NCBI GenBank assembly: GCA_030141605.1 | Contig: JAQGDQ010000175.1 | Span: forward strand, 124,001-188,000 | DNA: 64,000 bases | Direction: 5' to 3' | Source of the DNA: Tubiluchus corallicola | Lineage: Eukaryota; Animalia; Priapulida | In this document: positions 13,565 through 28,455 of the stretch, piece by piece | Position numbering within the stretch: the first letter of the stretch is position 1 | Layout of the letters: the number at the start of each line of letters is the position of its first letter | Made by a program: the position numbers and the translations under genes | The notes under the pieces: generated by a model | What the model saw: only the letters and a program-made list of their open reading frames with translations | Database searches by the model: none | Told to the model about the DNA's origin: nothing

Positions 13565-16500
13565 AATACGTTTCTGATTCAAGTGAGAGCTGTCATGATA
13601 TGCAGATAACAAAAAATGTCACAAGAGGTAGACTAAAAGTGTGCAATGGAATTAAAATTAAACATTTGTCATGAACCCTGTCCAATTACATTTGAATCCC
13701 GATAATATAATTCAACTTTTAATGAAAGCTGAACCACCTGTGGTTAATGCAAAACTAACAAATGCATGATCTGCACAAGATGGTGTAAACTATCCAGATC
13801 TACTGTCAATGTTGTGTACTAGGCAATATCCAGATGTACTGTTATTTGCTCGCATTTAGACTATCGCATCAAATGGTACTATCTTGCTACATTTACATTT
13901 CTGCCTAGTACGTACTGAGCATGAATAAATCAAGTGCGAACTCAGAACATAGAACATGAATTCATTAAAATGACACGTTGGCTGGAGACATTGCTTGTTT
14001 CCACTTTTTGCTGCTATAATATTGTCATAACATGTTACTTCATGTACATGTATTATTACGTAGCAATTTCCACCACCAAACAGCTTCAATGCCTGTATAA
14101 TGTAGTAATTAGTCGTGTTCACAAGCATATGTTTGTCTAGTACTGAGCAACTCAAGACCACTGATGCTTATTACAATACATTCCCTACTTTGTTAAACAT
14201 GACTTATAAAATACATGTACTAATACGAGATGGGCTTGATATAAAAAATTATATTCTATAGAAATCGTATTGTCGGGATTCGAGTGTACCTACGTCAGTT
14301 TTTGGTTACCGTGACACCGAATAAGTAAAGTACTCCAAGAAAAAATAGCAAAATAAGCACTTTTGAATATCTGGCTAATTCATATTGGAATTTTGGTGGT
14401 ATTTAATTGAATTATTACTGAAATTCTTTGTCTTAGTTTTAAATTCTTTGATTTGCAATATTACTATTATTCAATCCTTTTCTTGTGAGTGTGGCTTTAT
14501 GAATTACTTTTCCATCTTGTGTGCGCTATGGTGGTTATTTGTACCAGACTCGTCTGTTCAACTTTCTTGGTTCTTTACTATTTTCTATCCATTTTTTTTA
14601 AATTCTAAGCTGCTTTGTTTCCATTCTGTTGCATTTAGTTGTAGTCTGCTCCTGTTATGATGACAGCATAATTGGAAAAAAATTGGTAGCCTGTGAGGCC
14701 ATCAGAACCACTTTTCTGCTGTCTTAAAAATATTAGCCATGTTTTAAGAACCTAATTACAATTAAAAATTAGCCTCTTGTGGTTTAAATTTAACTAACTA
14801 AAAACTATCCTCTCATGTGTAAATTTAAAAGATCAAAGATTTCAGTCAAACTACAGTTTTACCATTCATAATTGGTTACTATTGCAAATATGTGGCCGCA
14901 CCTGGGAAAAAGGTTACATTCGGCGCAACAAGTGTGTTTGATTCTTGGATAATATTATCGCCTGTCGACAAAAATTTGAAAAGCTTATTATACAAACACA
15001 TAAACTGGCAGGTAATGAGAAAATATACATCATTACTGCAATTAGGATTTCACTTGACCTAAATTAGGTACAGTTGTCTATATGAGCCAAAAGGCAGTAT
15101 TATTGCCTAGTTTATTCGAGTCTTGTGCCCAGGGATTATTTTTGATTATTGAACAGATTGACAAGAAATTACTGAACTAAAGTATGACTTACATGAATAA
15201 ACACACCAATAGAGATCTCTGTGCACACTAAGCTAATTTGACCAAGTGTGTCACTAGCAGAAATTCCTAATGACTTCTTTTCAACAGGAAGCACTTTGAT
15301 GCAATTTCCTTAGTAACCTTAATTGTTTGATGACACTAAATTTTCCAAGAATGAACTTTTGTTCTAAGCTAGAAGATATTTTTTCATCGTAAGTGGATCT
15401 TCTCTGTTGTAATCATTGTTTCATTCATAGTCATCAAATCATTTCATCACATTTATCAAGATTATCCTCCTCCTTTAACATTTAATGTTATTGCAGTGTC
15501 ACCAAGAATCTAATGATGTAAGCAAGACGTTAACATTCTATTACTTCCTGTTAGGCTTGTTATAGTTGAAGTGGTTTTTGTGTTATAATTTGACTGGTTT
15601 TTTTCTGTATTGGTGATTATTTTCTATTGGCGTTTTGTTTTGAAAACTGTCATAATAATATTAGTATGATGAATATATATATATATATAGTGTGAATTAC
15701 ACGATAGTTGTAAAATGTTCTGGAAGAGGTTTTGTAACACATACAAATATACTTAGAGCTGTAAATTGCCAGCTTACAATGAATTTCCTTTATAGCATTA
15801 AGGTGACATTTAATCATAATACATGTATTAAAATAAAGTCCTAAAATTTTTTACATGGTAAATGTGTTACTGATTAAGTTATTGCAGTTGAAGTGTTTGC
15901 TTGCCTGGATAACATTTTCATATCAAGCTAGTTTAAAACAAGACGCTATGCATAACTAAAATATGAAATATGTAATGAGTTCTCAACTAGACCTACTCGT
16001 ATGAACAGCAAGGGAAATAAAATTTCCCTAACAAAATATGAAATACTTTTAATTTTTAATCTACAGTATATTTGAAAATTCCTGTGTATTTTACTGCACT
16101 ATTTGCCCAATTTTTATTACTAAATGTACGTAAACGGGTGTTTGTAATTAGTGTCGTCACCTATGTCACAACATTACAAAAATTAATTCCATAGGGGAAT
16201 ACGTTACTTCATTTTTCAGTAGCTTTAGCCAAATCAACAGATAAAAATCACCAGATAGCAAAAAGCACATAGAAAATGCCTACTACTGGAAAATTTTTGC
16301 TCCATACTGTTGTCACCAATTGCACTACGCTTACTAGACGTAATGGCTTCTAAGCCAATGTTTGAACTCAAAAAACATTGTCAACTATTATAGGTAACCC
16401 ATGTTTTAGACCTTAAGGGGTAATAAAAATCGCATATGTTTTCGAAAAAATAAATTCTGTCTTCCGACACATTCTTTGACATTGGTGCCTTTGTTATTCG

Positions 16501-17973
16501 GTCATTACCGCATGAGATTCATTAAAGGCAAGCAGAATGTGCTCTGCATTTTTTCTTCAAGAGTGACTACAATTCTGATGCACACATACTGCACACTGAG
16601 TCATATGTAGGGCTACATGTAGATGTTTGTGGTGGAACTCAAACCTAGCTCATTACCAACGATAATCCATTCAGATGAGACATGAGGCAAAGCATTTAGA
16701 ACCACATTTGGTTACATATATTGATATATGCACCCAATTTTCTGGAAGTAACCTTGTCATTTGCTTAACTTTGTAGACACGCACATACTGAGATCAATCA
16801 GCTATTCCTTTCACTTTGAAAATACCTTCAATAATTATCAAGTTATTAACAAAGTAACAGTATTCTCATTTCTGAAACATATTAACAATTTAATAACATA
16901 AGAATATTGTAAACTTCATACAATGTTAACAAATAAATGCATTACACATGGCAGCTGAGAGAAGTTTCTTCTCTCATTATAATATCAATTACAATATTGA
17001 TTTTATACAATATTACATTACAGTATTAACCTGTGAGAGTCATACAATGCTTGGTGCCTCCTGTAACATGAATGCTAGGCATAACAGAGAAAAAAGGAAG
17101 CCAACACTTAAAAAAATACTTTTAATGGGATTGTGCAATGCGTACGTATTTGTTACATTATAATGGGAATTTGTTATTCCAGATTTAACATCTGTTTTAC
17201 CGTGTTTTTCTTGGAACATCAATAATTATCAATCTATTCTTTGATAATAACTTCATAACACACTTTATTTGTTTTCCTTTCTTATAAAACTGTTTGGTTA
17301 AATTCACGTTGTATCTTCTTTTCACCAAATACGAATGAGGAGAACATGTCACCATTTTACAGCTGCCCAAACCATTACAGTTAAATCTTTTTATACTGCC
17401 TACTTTGAAACTGCAAAAAAAGTTGGTGTTAGGCAAGTTTGACATTATGAGGTGCATTAATATATTTGTTATATATGTGTTATATATTGTGTTAGATAAT
17501 ATATAACACTTGTGCAAATGATACTGCTTTCAGACCAATGATGTACATTGTGATAACTAAATGCTGCTCTGCACACTGATTTTGAGTGACTGTATCAGTT
17601 TTGAGGGTGTTAACACCTTAAATGCTCTTGTATGCTACAATATTTACATTTAGCATTCTCCATTTTGTAACACTGATGCCACATATTCTACATATCATAT
17701 TGATGTTACAGTCAAGAAAACATATTCAGGTATGAATCTTTTTTGCTAATTTACACAAACAGTGGACTTAATCATTAACTTTTTCAAGGACTGTAATTAA
17801 TCTCACGAAAGTCAGTTGACGTAAAAACTTTCATAGTAAAATCTTGACAAGGGACATGTGTAGTCATGTATACATCACCAATGAGCATTGGCAGTAGCAT
17901 TTACAATGACAACATGTGCACCCATTTCCCGCACTCTGCTACAATGCTAGCTGCATAGTGGAAAAGTAGGTTA

Positions 17974-20900
17974 CTATTTATGCTCAAATGGATTTGCTCC
18001 AAAAACTTCGTACAGTGGTTCAAACAATCCTCGTAGAATGTTATAAATCTGAAACATAATTATACATGAACAGCACGATTGCAATTAATGTAGAAAACTC
18101 AAAAAATACGTTGCCTTAGTTATTCTTGTTTGTCACATGACAGGAACGAATTGGCACTTTTACTAACAGTAATGTGAATCAACTTTTAATATGTAAACAA
18201 ATTGCAGAATTAGTCACGAAAGATTGCTCTCTAATTAGTTTTAAAACTGATTCTGTATAAATGAAAAAAATAAAGAAGCGTTAGAATCAACTCACTGTAC
18301 TTCTTTTAAGTTACGCTAGAACAAAAAAATAATCTAGTTAAAATTTGTGTGCACATTTGTTTACATATTTGTAAATAAAGTTTATATTTAAGATGAAATT
18401 ACCAAGATGGGGAGGGGCTGAGCCTAATCCTTGGAATACCTTAGCAGCTCTTTCAAATTGTAAATTATAAACTGCACGCTGATATAGGAAACTTGCCTCC
18501 ACATGTGACAGGTTGTTCACACATTATAACACAATGCAGCCCGGAGTCTCGGATTCAATGGCAAGACCTACTCACCGTATATGTTTTTAGCAGAAATGGA
18601 ATTTTTAGTTTTCAATTCGAATAGTATCGAATCTCAATTTTGAATCCGGATGAGTTGTGGTTTAGTAATAAAAATAATAATGTGTACAAAAAAACTCAAT
18701 TTAGTTGTGAGATGAAGATTGTGCGTGTAAAATGTGCTTTGTTCTCATCTACCTTTAATGTACATCTACTTTTGCAGCATCTACATGCACTATGATTTAC
18801 TTTCATCAGCATCTACAGCTACTTGCATAAGATCCTTCTCCTGCCAAGATCAACAAAAGTAGACCACTGATTGTGACAGCATAAGTGGCCAGTTCTTTTC
18901 CATGGGCAGTAACAGCCTATGTTGCTATTATATATCTGTATAAAGATTACTAGCCAAACATTAATTTATTATCACATGTATTGCATAGTTAGCAAATTCT
19001 GCTTTATCATTAAAGTTTCCTGGGAATAAATTTCAGTGCCATTTAACACTATTAGAGTCAGCTTAGTGGCTATCTAGGCCTAACAACCTTACTGAACGAG
19101 CAATTGGCCTAAAAACGTCAAATAAACAGAATCTAAAACATGCACGACATATGAGTAAACAGTTTGACAATTTTTCCCTTTTAATAATTATTGCAACAAC
19201 ATTTTATTAAAGAGTTAGCTGTTTTCTTTTTTAACCAACTGTTTTCCTCAAAGTGCCTTGTGTTAAATATTACATCCAGTATGCATCCACCTTGCGATTC
19301 CGTCAGTTATGTTTTGGACATTGTGTTTGTCATCTTCCACTCCATGACGTCAATAAAAATATTATAATTTTAAATATTATCAACAATTTTTCCGAGCTGC
19401 TGTAAAAGTTTTTGTCACTGTTGGCTTTTGCATATTGTCGTTATATTTTCAAATTTTCGCTCATTTCATTTCGTTCGCGGATTATTACAAATGACTGATA
19501 TTTCCTTTGTTCCGTTCATGTATTGTGAACTAAGCAATGGGCGAAATGCCACTTATTTTCCATCCTGGCAACTATAAAAATGGCTATATAAAATGGTTCC
19601 TATTGATTCAGTAGCTGGTTAGGCAGATGTCGTTAGCACCCAAGCACCTGTTCCAAAGTAGCACTAGCATGAAGGATTCAGGAGGACTGGCAATGAATTT
19701 CTACATTACATTACGTTTGGTATTACTAGTATACCTGCAACGTCTGAGCAATAGTCAGCATTGATCCCTTGACCTCCATACTAGGATGGGAAGACCAACC
19801 TGAGGATCTACCAATCTGGCTCCTGTTGGCATGACTCAGCCATGTTGCAATACAATCACATTTTATAATTATAAGAACTATATGTCCTAACTTTTAACCG
19901 AAATCTCATGTATGAGGGCACCGCTACATCACAAAAGCCTTGTTAGATTTTTTTGTAGTACAAATGAGAAAAAGTCAGCCATTGTCACTTGCAGACTTGG
20001 ACTTACTCGAGTTGTGTGAAGTGCAGCAATGCGCACGATACATCCTTGCATTGTTTCCAAATTTTCAAACAGAAGAGGACTTGCACTCATCAGAAGAGAT
20101 GGATCTGGCTGATAATCTAAACACCCAAAAAAGCAAAAACTTAGGATAGTTGCATTGAGAGTAAAAAATAATGTTATCACTATTTGACTAACACTATCTT
20201 GTGCCTGAACAGCTGTTCAACATATAGCATACGGACTAGTTATACTAATATACATATGCATACTGGGCATACGTTACTGTGAATGCATTACATTTCGTAG
20301 TGGATCTGAATTCAAATGGAAAAATGAAATATATGAAGTCACAATTACTTACACTAAATATCACAACGAATTTACTCTAAAGTTTTTGCAGTAAATTAAA
20401 CATGACAATTGCAATTTTGTCAACAAATTATCATAACAGAAGTCCAAGCGATATGTTGAGTGTGTTTGGGTAATGATTTCTAGTCTCTAATGTGACACAA
20501 CTACACTATCTGTATTTTTTATCTACCAACTATTATCACACTGAAAAACTCTGAAAAGCTTGCACACTGATAATTGTTGGTTGAAAGCTTCATTTTTCGA
20601 TCCTAATGATTGTATTTTTGAGCTCATGTCCCAAAATCACAACGTTTTACATCTGCACGACTTCTCTAAAGTTTATTTCACACAATTTTTTGTTGATTCA
20701 CTAAAATACCAGGAACTTAATTTTCAGGTACAGTCTGCTACCTGTGCTCAATGACGACAATGCAATGCACAACCATAAATTACAACAAATCAAACTTACT
20801 ATGCAGTTTTGTTTGACTAACATCCTTTAAAATTTTCTGCCAGAAACTTTCCAGCTTCGGGCCAATGAAAACACAGAATGCAACAGCCTAAAAACAATCA

Positions 20901-23900
20901 AACGCCATTATTAAGAAGAGCAGTTTCTTTCATTCTTATTTCCATTATACCATACCATGTCTTTATATTTCCCATCTTGTAAAATGATAATAGCTACTAA
21001 AAATGCATGACTGAAAATCCAATAACTTTATTATAACAAAATGCTTCTTTTTATTTCATTTTTGTGTACATCAGGATTTTTTTAATTACCATGTGCACTG
21101 ACAACATAATAATGAACAAAATGGATTTTATTCACATATCATTTGTAGACTGCAAAACGTATTTTTCGACTTTCTCGCCCGAAACCAAGATGGTACAAGT
21201 TTGCATATGAATGCTAAACAGTGCAGGTAGTTTCCCTTTATATGCCACTTGGTGAATCGAGTATGAAAAATAAACTACTGAGAACATAATAGATCGATGC
21301 ATGAATTGTGAAACACGCTGCAGATAGAAGAAATTAATCAGTATCTATATGCCATGGTAAAGCCATAAACCAGACGAAATATAGTAGGTAGACTATAAAT
21401 TTGGATACAAAATGAATGCTAATTAACAGTTTTAACAAAAGCTACAAGCCATAATAGATATTTGAAGCAGTTGCATCCAAATGTCACTATAACCAATGTA
21501 TGACAACTGTAACAAAGTTCAACTAAGACTCAGTAAATTGTAATGTTAATGCCATTGCTTTATCCAACAAATGCATACATTATAAAATATCTACATATAA
21601 ATCTATGATTGATTACAAACAATGGAATCAAAAAATAAATTACTTGGTACTTGCCCATACTATCAGATAAGCTTATAGTTTCTGTATCACTTAAACTGAT
21701 AGCGTCACTAACAACTAGGTTTCCCTTCCAGTAAATTTTATTCAAACTCTTTAAGCTGCAAAAGACAAGAAAACAAATATCTATAAGCGATACTTTGTTG
21801 AAAATGTTGAAGTGTTAGAACTAAATGCATAAATCACAAACTACCCACTTAATCTGCACTAACAATTTGTGATTTAAATTAAATTACACTCACTTGCAGT
21901 ATCTAGTGTAGCAAAATGCTTAAAATCATTTTTAGAAGTTATCATACCAGCGAAATTTCCAGCACTCTCCTCGAGCAACACGGCCAGCTGTTAACCAATC
22001 AACCATTATAAGATTAGCAAACTCCGAAAGATAAACTACCTAAAAATAGAACTGGTTAGGTGTGTGTGAAAGGGATTTGACAGTGGCCTTCTAGAAAATT
22101 GTCATATTTCAACCACAATTAATTTTACCTGCTGCTGAACATAAAGAGAATTCTCATAGCACACAACTGGATCAGGTAGTAAGGACAGCAAAGAATAATT
22201 GCCAACTGAGTAGTTAAAGAACTGGCGAGACTCAATGCCATCATCACAATTATAAACCTGTCAAAAACAAAAAATATTATGAAATAATTACAACGTCCAA
22301 ATAAAATGAGAGGTTTGTCTGCACCCTGATTCATCTCTGCATTGTGTAAAAACTCTATCTTAATTTAAATTAGTTAATTTGTTGGCTGAAAACAGAATGC
22401 AGAGATACTATTTTCAAGTTATGCAATCACATATTTCAACGAAATGTTTGAAATAAAAACTATTTATTACAACACCATCATACAACACAAAAAGGTTGCC
22501 TTTTATAGTTTTATCATTTCTTACACTAAGATGACCATATGCGTGCTCATCAAATTTTATACCATTCATGGTTGCTTTATCACTTTACTGAGATCAAAAT
22601 CTCTGTTACAGTATATCTTACACCGAGATCGTCTTTTAAGGCACCACCACTTCTTACACTAAGATTAACATCTGTGCTTCATCAAATTTTTACGCTATGA
22701 TCACCATTCAAAGCTTTTATCACTTCATATATCACCATCCCAGGCATCACAATTTAAACTGAATTAGAAACATGAAAATTTTAAAAAACTATCAGAAAAA
22801 AAATACAAACACTTCAACAAATTCGTGGTTACCTTTGTTGATGACTGCGAGGTGACTAAAACACAACAGTTCTCTGTCAGTTCCACAGTAACCTTTACCT
22901 CATCACCCTGTACCAATCCTCCACCATACGTGATAAAATACACCCATTTACAGTTACTCTGACTTGCATGCAATGGAACTATTATCTTCAACTTGCAAAA
23001 AAAACAAAAGAAAATAAAAACAAACAATATTAGAAATTTTTTATTGATTAATGAATTAAAAAACAACAATTCAGGAGATTTATATGGCACACCTTTGATA
23101 TTAGTGGACTGTCAGTGGTTTAATATAAAAATGAAACTGCTCAATAAAAGTGCAAATATTTGTAGACATGCATTCATACATGTTATATTCAAAGTGAAAA
23201 ATAGAATACTCCAATAAATGGTAAATATAGACATTCCTCGCTAAATGATCTTATTTGCTGCTGCTAGTTGTTGCGAATCGCTTTAGAAGAAGTCTTAAAA
23301 TCTTACAACTGAAAACAGACTTCGCTTGAGGTGGTTAATTCCACAAGAACATGCATTTTTTGGGCCACTCTGGGTAAGAGTTATGCACAATAAGAAGGTG
23401 AAGATATGAGTACATATCCAGAAATAAAATTTATACAACTACTTAGCCTGTGATAGAAAGATATCTGTTGATTGAGCAAGATTGTAATTTTCAATGAAAG
23501 AATTTTTTGATAGAGAATTCCACAGAAAAGAGGCCTAAGGGAAGAAACTCCAGAGTAAGTCTATGAGAAGCAACAGAAAAGCATGTACTGTTGAAACAAG
23601 CTATCGAAAGTTCAGAAACAATCCTCGGAATTAACAATATAAGGGGCTTAAAGTAACAACTGGCCTTCGATAAGCAAGGGACTGTAGGGTTGACCCCTGA
23701 CACCATAACCAGACTGATAATATGCTTTTATCATCCCATGTTTATATATCTATAATATATAAGCAATTTTGTATATGCATATTTTTGCCAGACACTCTCA
23801 ATTGATTTCCTATACATTCTAATACTTCTTCAGCCATCTTCGTGATAATGTGCCAACTTGATATTATTAAGTGAAGCAACTAACACATGACGGGGCCCTC

Positions 23901-25804
23901 AGCTTTGTGAATGTTGTACCAGCACAAAAACTTCATTCAGTGCACAAATTATTTACAGTCGTACAGTACTAAAAAAAGGGAAGGGGCGTCTGCAGTGGAA
24001 TACCCTAATCCAGGCTATATGCACTCCTGAACAAGTCTAGAGTGCCAAACTGGAATGTGATGATTAGGGTAGGTCATTTCATTCCCTGGCAGTGGAAGGA
24101 AACAATGACTAGAAGTGATATTCACAAGAGGAACATAAAAGGTAATAACTTGTATTTTTAGGCAAGTCAAGTGAATTTTCTGTATACGACGGATATTGTG
24201 AAGATTTGGCTGGAGAGGCATACAGGGTGGTCCCCTTTACACCAGCTTTCATGGCAAATTGGGCCCGTTATTAGGCAGATACCTTAAGCCGTAACTGTTT
24301 GTAATACATGCTGTAAGTTCTAAAGTTGTACAATTTAAATTTCTTTAAATTGGATACCATGTCTTGTTCTCCTGTTGTGGAAATCGCTGGCATCTATTAG
24401 AATTAAATAGAACATTGTAGAATAATCGTCTCACATTGTAGAATGTTCTAGAAAGAAGCTTCTAGAAACTTCTTTGGCACGCTATATAAGGCGAAGCTGG
24501 CCGCTGACGCACACACACAGATTAACACGGACGCACACTTACACATTCTCTTGTATACTTGTATTTTCAGATACACTTAAACGTTTTCCAGATATTCACG
24601 TTTACTGTAAACATTTCGCGTTCCTTCATACTTTTGCATTGTAGAATTCTTGCTTAATAAACTAGTTTAATTTGATGAAGTGTTTTCTGGTTTTCTCTAA
24701 AAGCCTTCCGAGAGAAAAATTAGATGACAGCATCTCCTTAACATCTTCTTCATCCTTTTACACAGAAACTTAATTTTATAAGGTCAACCTGTGCCAGTGC
24801 TGTTCAATACCCAAAATTTCCTAGATGCATCCTGAATAATTTTTTGCCATGTTCCAAACCTAGATGTTTCATTCTAACAGGCAATTGGAATACTATTGTA
24901 CCTGGCAACCACAAAATTGCCAACCTGGACAGAACTCATAGAAATGCTTTTGGTACCTTTTCTAACATTTTCTAACTGATAGTGGCACTTTATTTACTAT
25001 TGGTGTACATAGACATAGACATTTTATTTTTCTCCAATTTGTGTCACAAATTTCCGTTTTACAAAAAAATAACATTGTCTGCGGAGATGGGGCGAGGAAA
25101 GACCGTAGGTCATCTACTCACTCACCACTCACTGCGGATACAGGTGTAGTTTTCCTATTTTTTTTTATTTTTAGAAATAGAAATGCTAGTAATGCTCCAG
25201 CTTTTTTCGTTTTCAGATTGAAGTCGTCCTAAAAATCCGTTTGATATTAGCACTTCACTGGAACTCAGCTAGGATCATATAGCTTAGAGCTTAAATTAAG
25301 TAGAATTTTACAGCATAGCAGATAGTATTTGCTACGAGATCCCACTTCTAGCTCACTTTCCCCCAGGTGGTCCTTTTTCCCCCACTTTACCCTAATTCTT
25401 TTAAAAACGCTTGTATGGTGATAGTTTTCACAATATTCAGATTCTTATGTAAGCATTGTTTTAGTAACCATGCACAACACACGTTCAAATTTCCTTCTAA
25501 ATCATACTCTATTCTCTAGCTACCGCCTACCGGTAGTTTAAAAACTTATAGTATAGACTTAAACATTCTACGGGTACAGGAAACCGTGCGATTTCCCACG
25601 AAGAAAACTGTGCCGCAATGCAGTTAACATAGACAACCTTAATACAAGCGTAATAAATACCACTATACATACAGGGTACACATACTGAATATCGGTAACA
25701 TCAGCCGTGTCGAAAGCCAATTGTTTGTACTCATCTTTGTGATTTCGAAAGCTATTCCGCGAATTTACTACAATCTTTCCAACTGCAACAGAGCGAACTT
25801 TCAT
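17974..25804 (-). CDS. ureD: Urease accessory protein D (UreD/UreH family), 298 aa
   Basis: Exons 25804-25673, 22991-22833, 22257-22129, 22039-21948, 21755-21644, 20887-20800, 20116-20007, 18048-17974; GT-AG, phases 0,0,0,2,0,1,0; 897 nt with no internal stop. Motifs YPLKIIVP, YFITYGGGLVQGD, VTSQSSTKVY, LLPDPVVCY..S.YVQQQ, VDWLTAGRVARGECWKF, FIGP, SASPL, GCIVRIAA, GANPF, as in plant/fungal UreD. Confidence 0.93.
24373..24732 (+). mobile_element. Solo LTR (360 bp) in ureD intron 1
   Basis: TGTTGT...ACAGCA termini, 5-bp TSD TCTCC at 24368-24372 and 24733-24737, TATATAAG at 24483, AATAAA at 24656. Confidence 0.85.
24440..24490 (+). promoter_or_regulatory. Heat-shock element array plus TATA box inside solo LTR
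   Basis: aGAAt-gTTCt-aGAAa (24440-24454) overlapping aGAAg-cTTCt-aGAAa-cTTCt (24454-24473), about 10 bp upstream of TATATAAG. Confidence 0.75.
25008..25160 (-). mobile_element. Retroposon 3' end with (CTATGT)n tail, copy 1
   Basis: CATAGACATAGAC..TTTATTT..CTCCA...GGAG..GGG...GGAA.GACC.TAGGTCATCTA shared with 56555-56690. Confidence 0.55.
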
Positions 25805-26369
25805 GCTTTCCAAAGACGAGCAATTTTGCTAATAGGCAATAAATCTTTTTGTGGGACTGCTAAATGAAGTTACCAAAGCGTGACAGGGACAGGCGGGAGC
25901 CATTAGTGTCAAGCAACAAAGCGCAAATCTTGACAGTGTGATATCAATGTTCAATCGTATGTGCTCAATTTAATTTTTTGTTACTCGTTGATTTCAGTTT
26001 ACTTTATTTTTTGTATCAACGCAAAGTTAAAACAATTATGCCTAAATGCCTATTCCACGCGGTTATTCAAAAGAATGACATTCAAAAGACTGGCTTTCAA
26101 AAAATGATATTCAAAACACTGAGCTGCGTCCACATGATGAATTTTCGCTGACAGTTCTTTGTACATAACTATAAATTTTGTTGAACTGGTGTTCTCTAAC
26201 CTCTCTTTTATTTCTGAAAATAATAGCGTCAGAACGGTTTAAATGAAAACGAACTTTATTTTAACATGTGCTGCAAAGGGAAAGTGCAATCAAAGAAAAA
26301 AAACTTTGGCAAAGAAATGAAACAAAAAGTAGACAGACATGCAGATAGACAAAGAAAGAAATAGAGAGA

Positions 26370-26374
<5 letters not shown>

Positions 26375-26444
<70 letters not shown>

Positions 26445-26453
26445 AGAGAGAGA
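26375..26453. repeat. (GA)n microsatellite
   Basis: About 30 GA units; source of ERER/LSLS spurious ORFs. Confidence 0.95.
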
Positions 26454-28455
26454 AAGCGATGCAAGCCTTATGGCCTGCTGTGTGGACTAGTTCGCATATC
26501 ACTTTCACCCATGTGCTTACAAGAGTTAATTTATGTAGCCACATATTTGTTAATAACTCCTTGTTTTTAGTGACAGCTCGCCATTTATCATATTTATGCC
26601 CCCGTTATAAATGGGCTCTTGTAGCCAGGCTACCAGCTATTCATTCTGACAATGAAGATCGACACTGACGAAAATCAAGACCAGCTTCATATCGCCGAAT
26701 TTGAATAACATTCAAATTTCACAGTCATTCTCGGCATCCACACTGTTATTTAATACTGGCAAACTCGAGAGTTACAGCATATTGACTGACCATGTTGGCG
26801 GCCTATTGCACTTTCACTCGGTGTTTTGCTAAAACAAGAAAACTACAGAAAGTTACAGTTCTGATGCTTAACCACCCCCTTCAAGGGCTGTACAAACAAC
26901 AAATATCTTTCTTGCCATCGAGTGTCCAAATGAATTGCAGTATCGAAGTATCGAATTTAACTTGCTTTGAGTAACATTCAACGATAGACTAAGTTCGTCT
27001 GATGATGTTCAACTTAAAATCAAAGTGACAGGCTTTATCTGTTGTTTAGATTAAAGAAAATGCACTGCGTGTGGAAAAACTTAACATATTTTTTCATTCA
27101 TTGGCAGTGCCAATCACTATTCCTCCATGTTAACTGAATTATTTGTTTGGGGAAGAGCTTAAGCTGATACAAATATGTAGAATAGAGTGAAAAGATGGGC
27201 AAACAAAAAGCCAGATGCAGGACCGAAAGCGTTATTGTCAAACAAAGATGCAAAATTGTTTATCACCAATATTGTCTGTTCACTTTATTGCTGTTAAGAT
27301 TTATTTAGTTCAAAATATTTTCTCTTTTTCTACGTACGGATTTGCGTTGATTTCCACATTTTAAGTGTGTTAATTAAAATTATTATACCTAATACCGTTT
27401 AGTAGCCATGAAGCATGGTAACTCATGAGTATGAACAGAACTTTACTTAAATAGGTGATATATATATATATATATATATACTCATCAGTGATTCCACTCA
27501 ACTTCTGTTTTTTATTAATTCTCAAAGATCATTATGCAGCATAATAACAAAATAGTGTTCAGTATTAAATCTATTATTGCTTTAACTGTTCAGCATAATA
27601 ACAAACAAATTATTACGTAATGAGCAGTAAACTGAGTAAGCCTATAGGACAGACAATTAGTTTGTTAAGAGCCCCTGGGGTCACGTATTATACCTGGGCA
27701 AATGTTGTTTTATTTTAAAGTTACATCAAAGTTAACAATAACGAAAAAGATCAAAATAGCACATAAAATGGAAAGCAACAAGGTACAAGGATATTTTAAC
27801 TAATTAGTAGGCCTAATTAAGAATTGGTAAGCAATTATCAGGGTCAATTAAAATTAATTTAGAATTTGGCATGAAGAGCATCCAGAGTTCTTCAACTTCT
27901 TCACTTCCAATGATCACAAGGCGCTTTTTACCGAGTTGCAGTTGGGAAATATCAGTATTTGTTTTGTCAGTAAAAAACGTGAAAATCGCCCGTAGATGGA
28001 TTTAGAAACCCGGTTGAATGAACGACTCCTGGATTTCAGTATGATTATATTAGAGACCTATATTTCCTAAAAAGTGACAAAGAAAACGTGATGTCCCATC
28101 TTAAATTTGAATTAGTTTGAACAATATTAATCCAGAAACTGCATTCAGTCAAGCATCTTAGAAGTATATGAACATTAAGAGCTTGAATAACAAGCACACT
28201 TTGTTTTCTTCGAGATTCTGCTAAACTTACAAAAATATTTTGGATTTTTAAGTTGGTACTTTAAAAAATTAATTGCATGCAAAATTACATTATAGTTTTA
28301 GTTTCTGGATCCACCACAAAAGTTTTCATAACAAATAGAAAGTAATAAAATCGAAAAAATTCTCTTTAATGCATTGTTGTAATCCAGCGAAAACTACTCG
28401 AAGCACGTTGTTCAAATATGAATCATCTCAAGCCAGAATTTGGGTCGTATAAATC

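Noticed and set aside
18338-18520. Candidate last exon of ureD
   Set aside because: Exon 18048-17974 (IYNILRGLFEPLYEVFGANPF) fits the UreD C-terminus and phase much better.
17974-25804. ureD as bacterial contamination or operon fragment
   Set aside because: Seven GT-AG introns containing host repeats, eukaryote-like motifs, no neighbouring ure genes, and continuity with animal genes.
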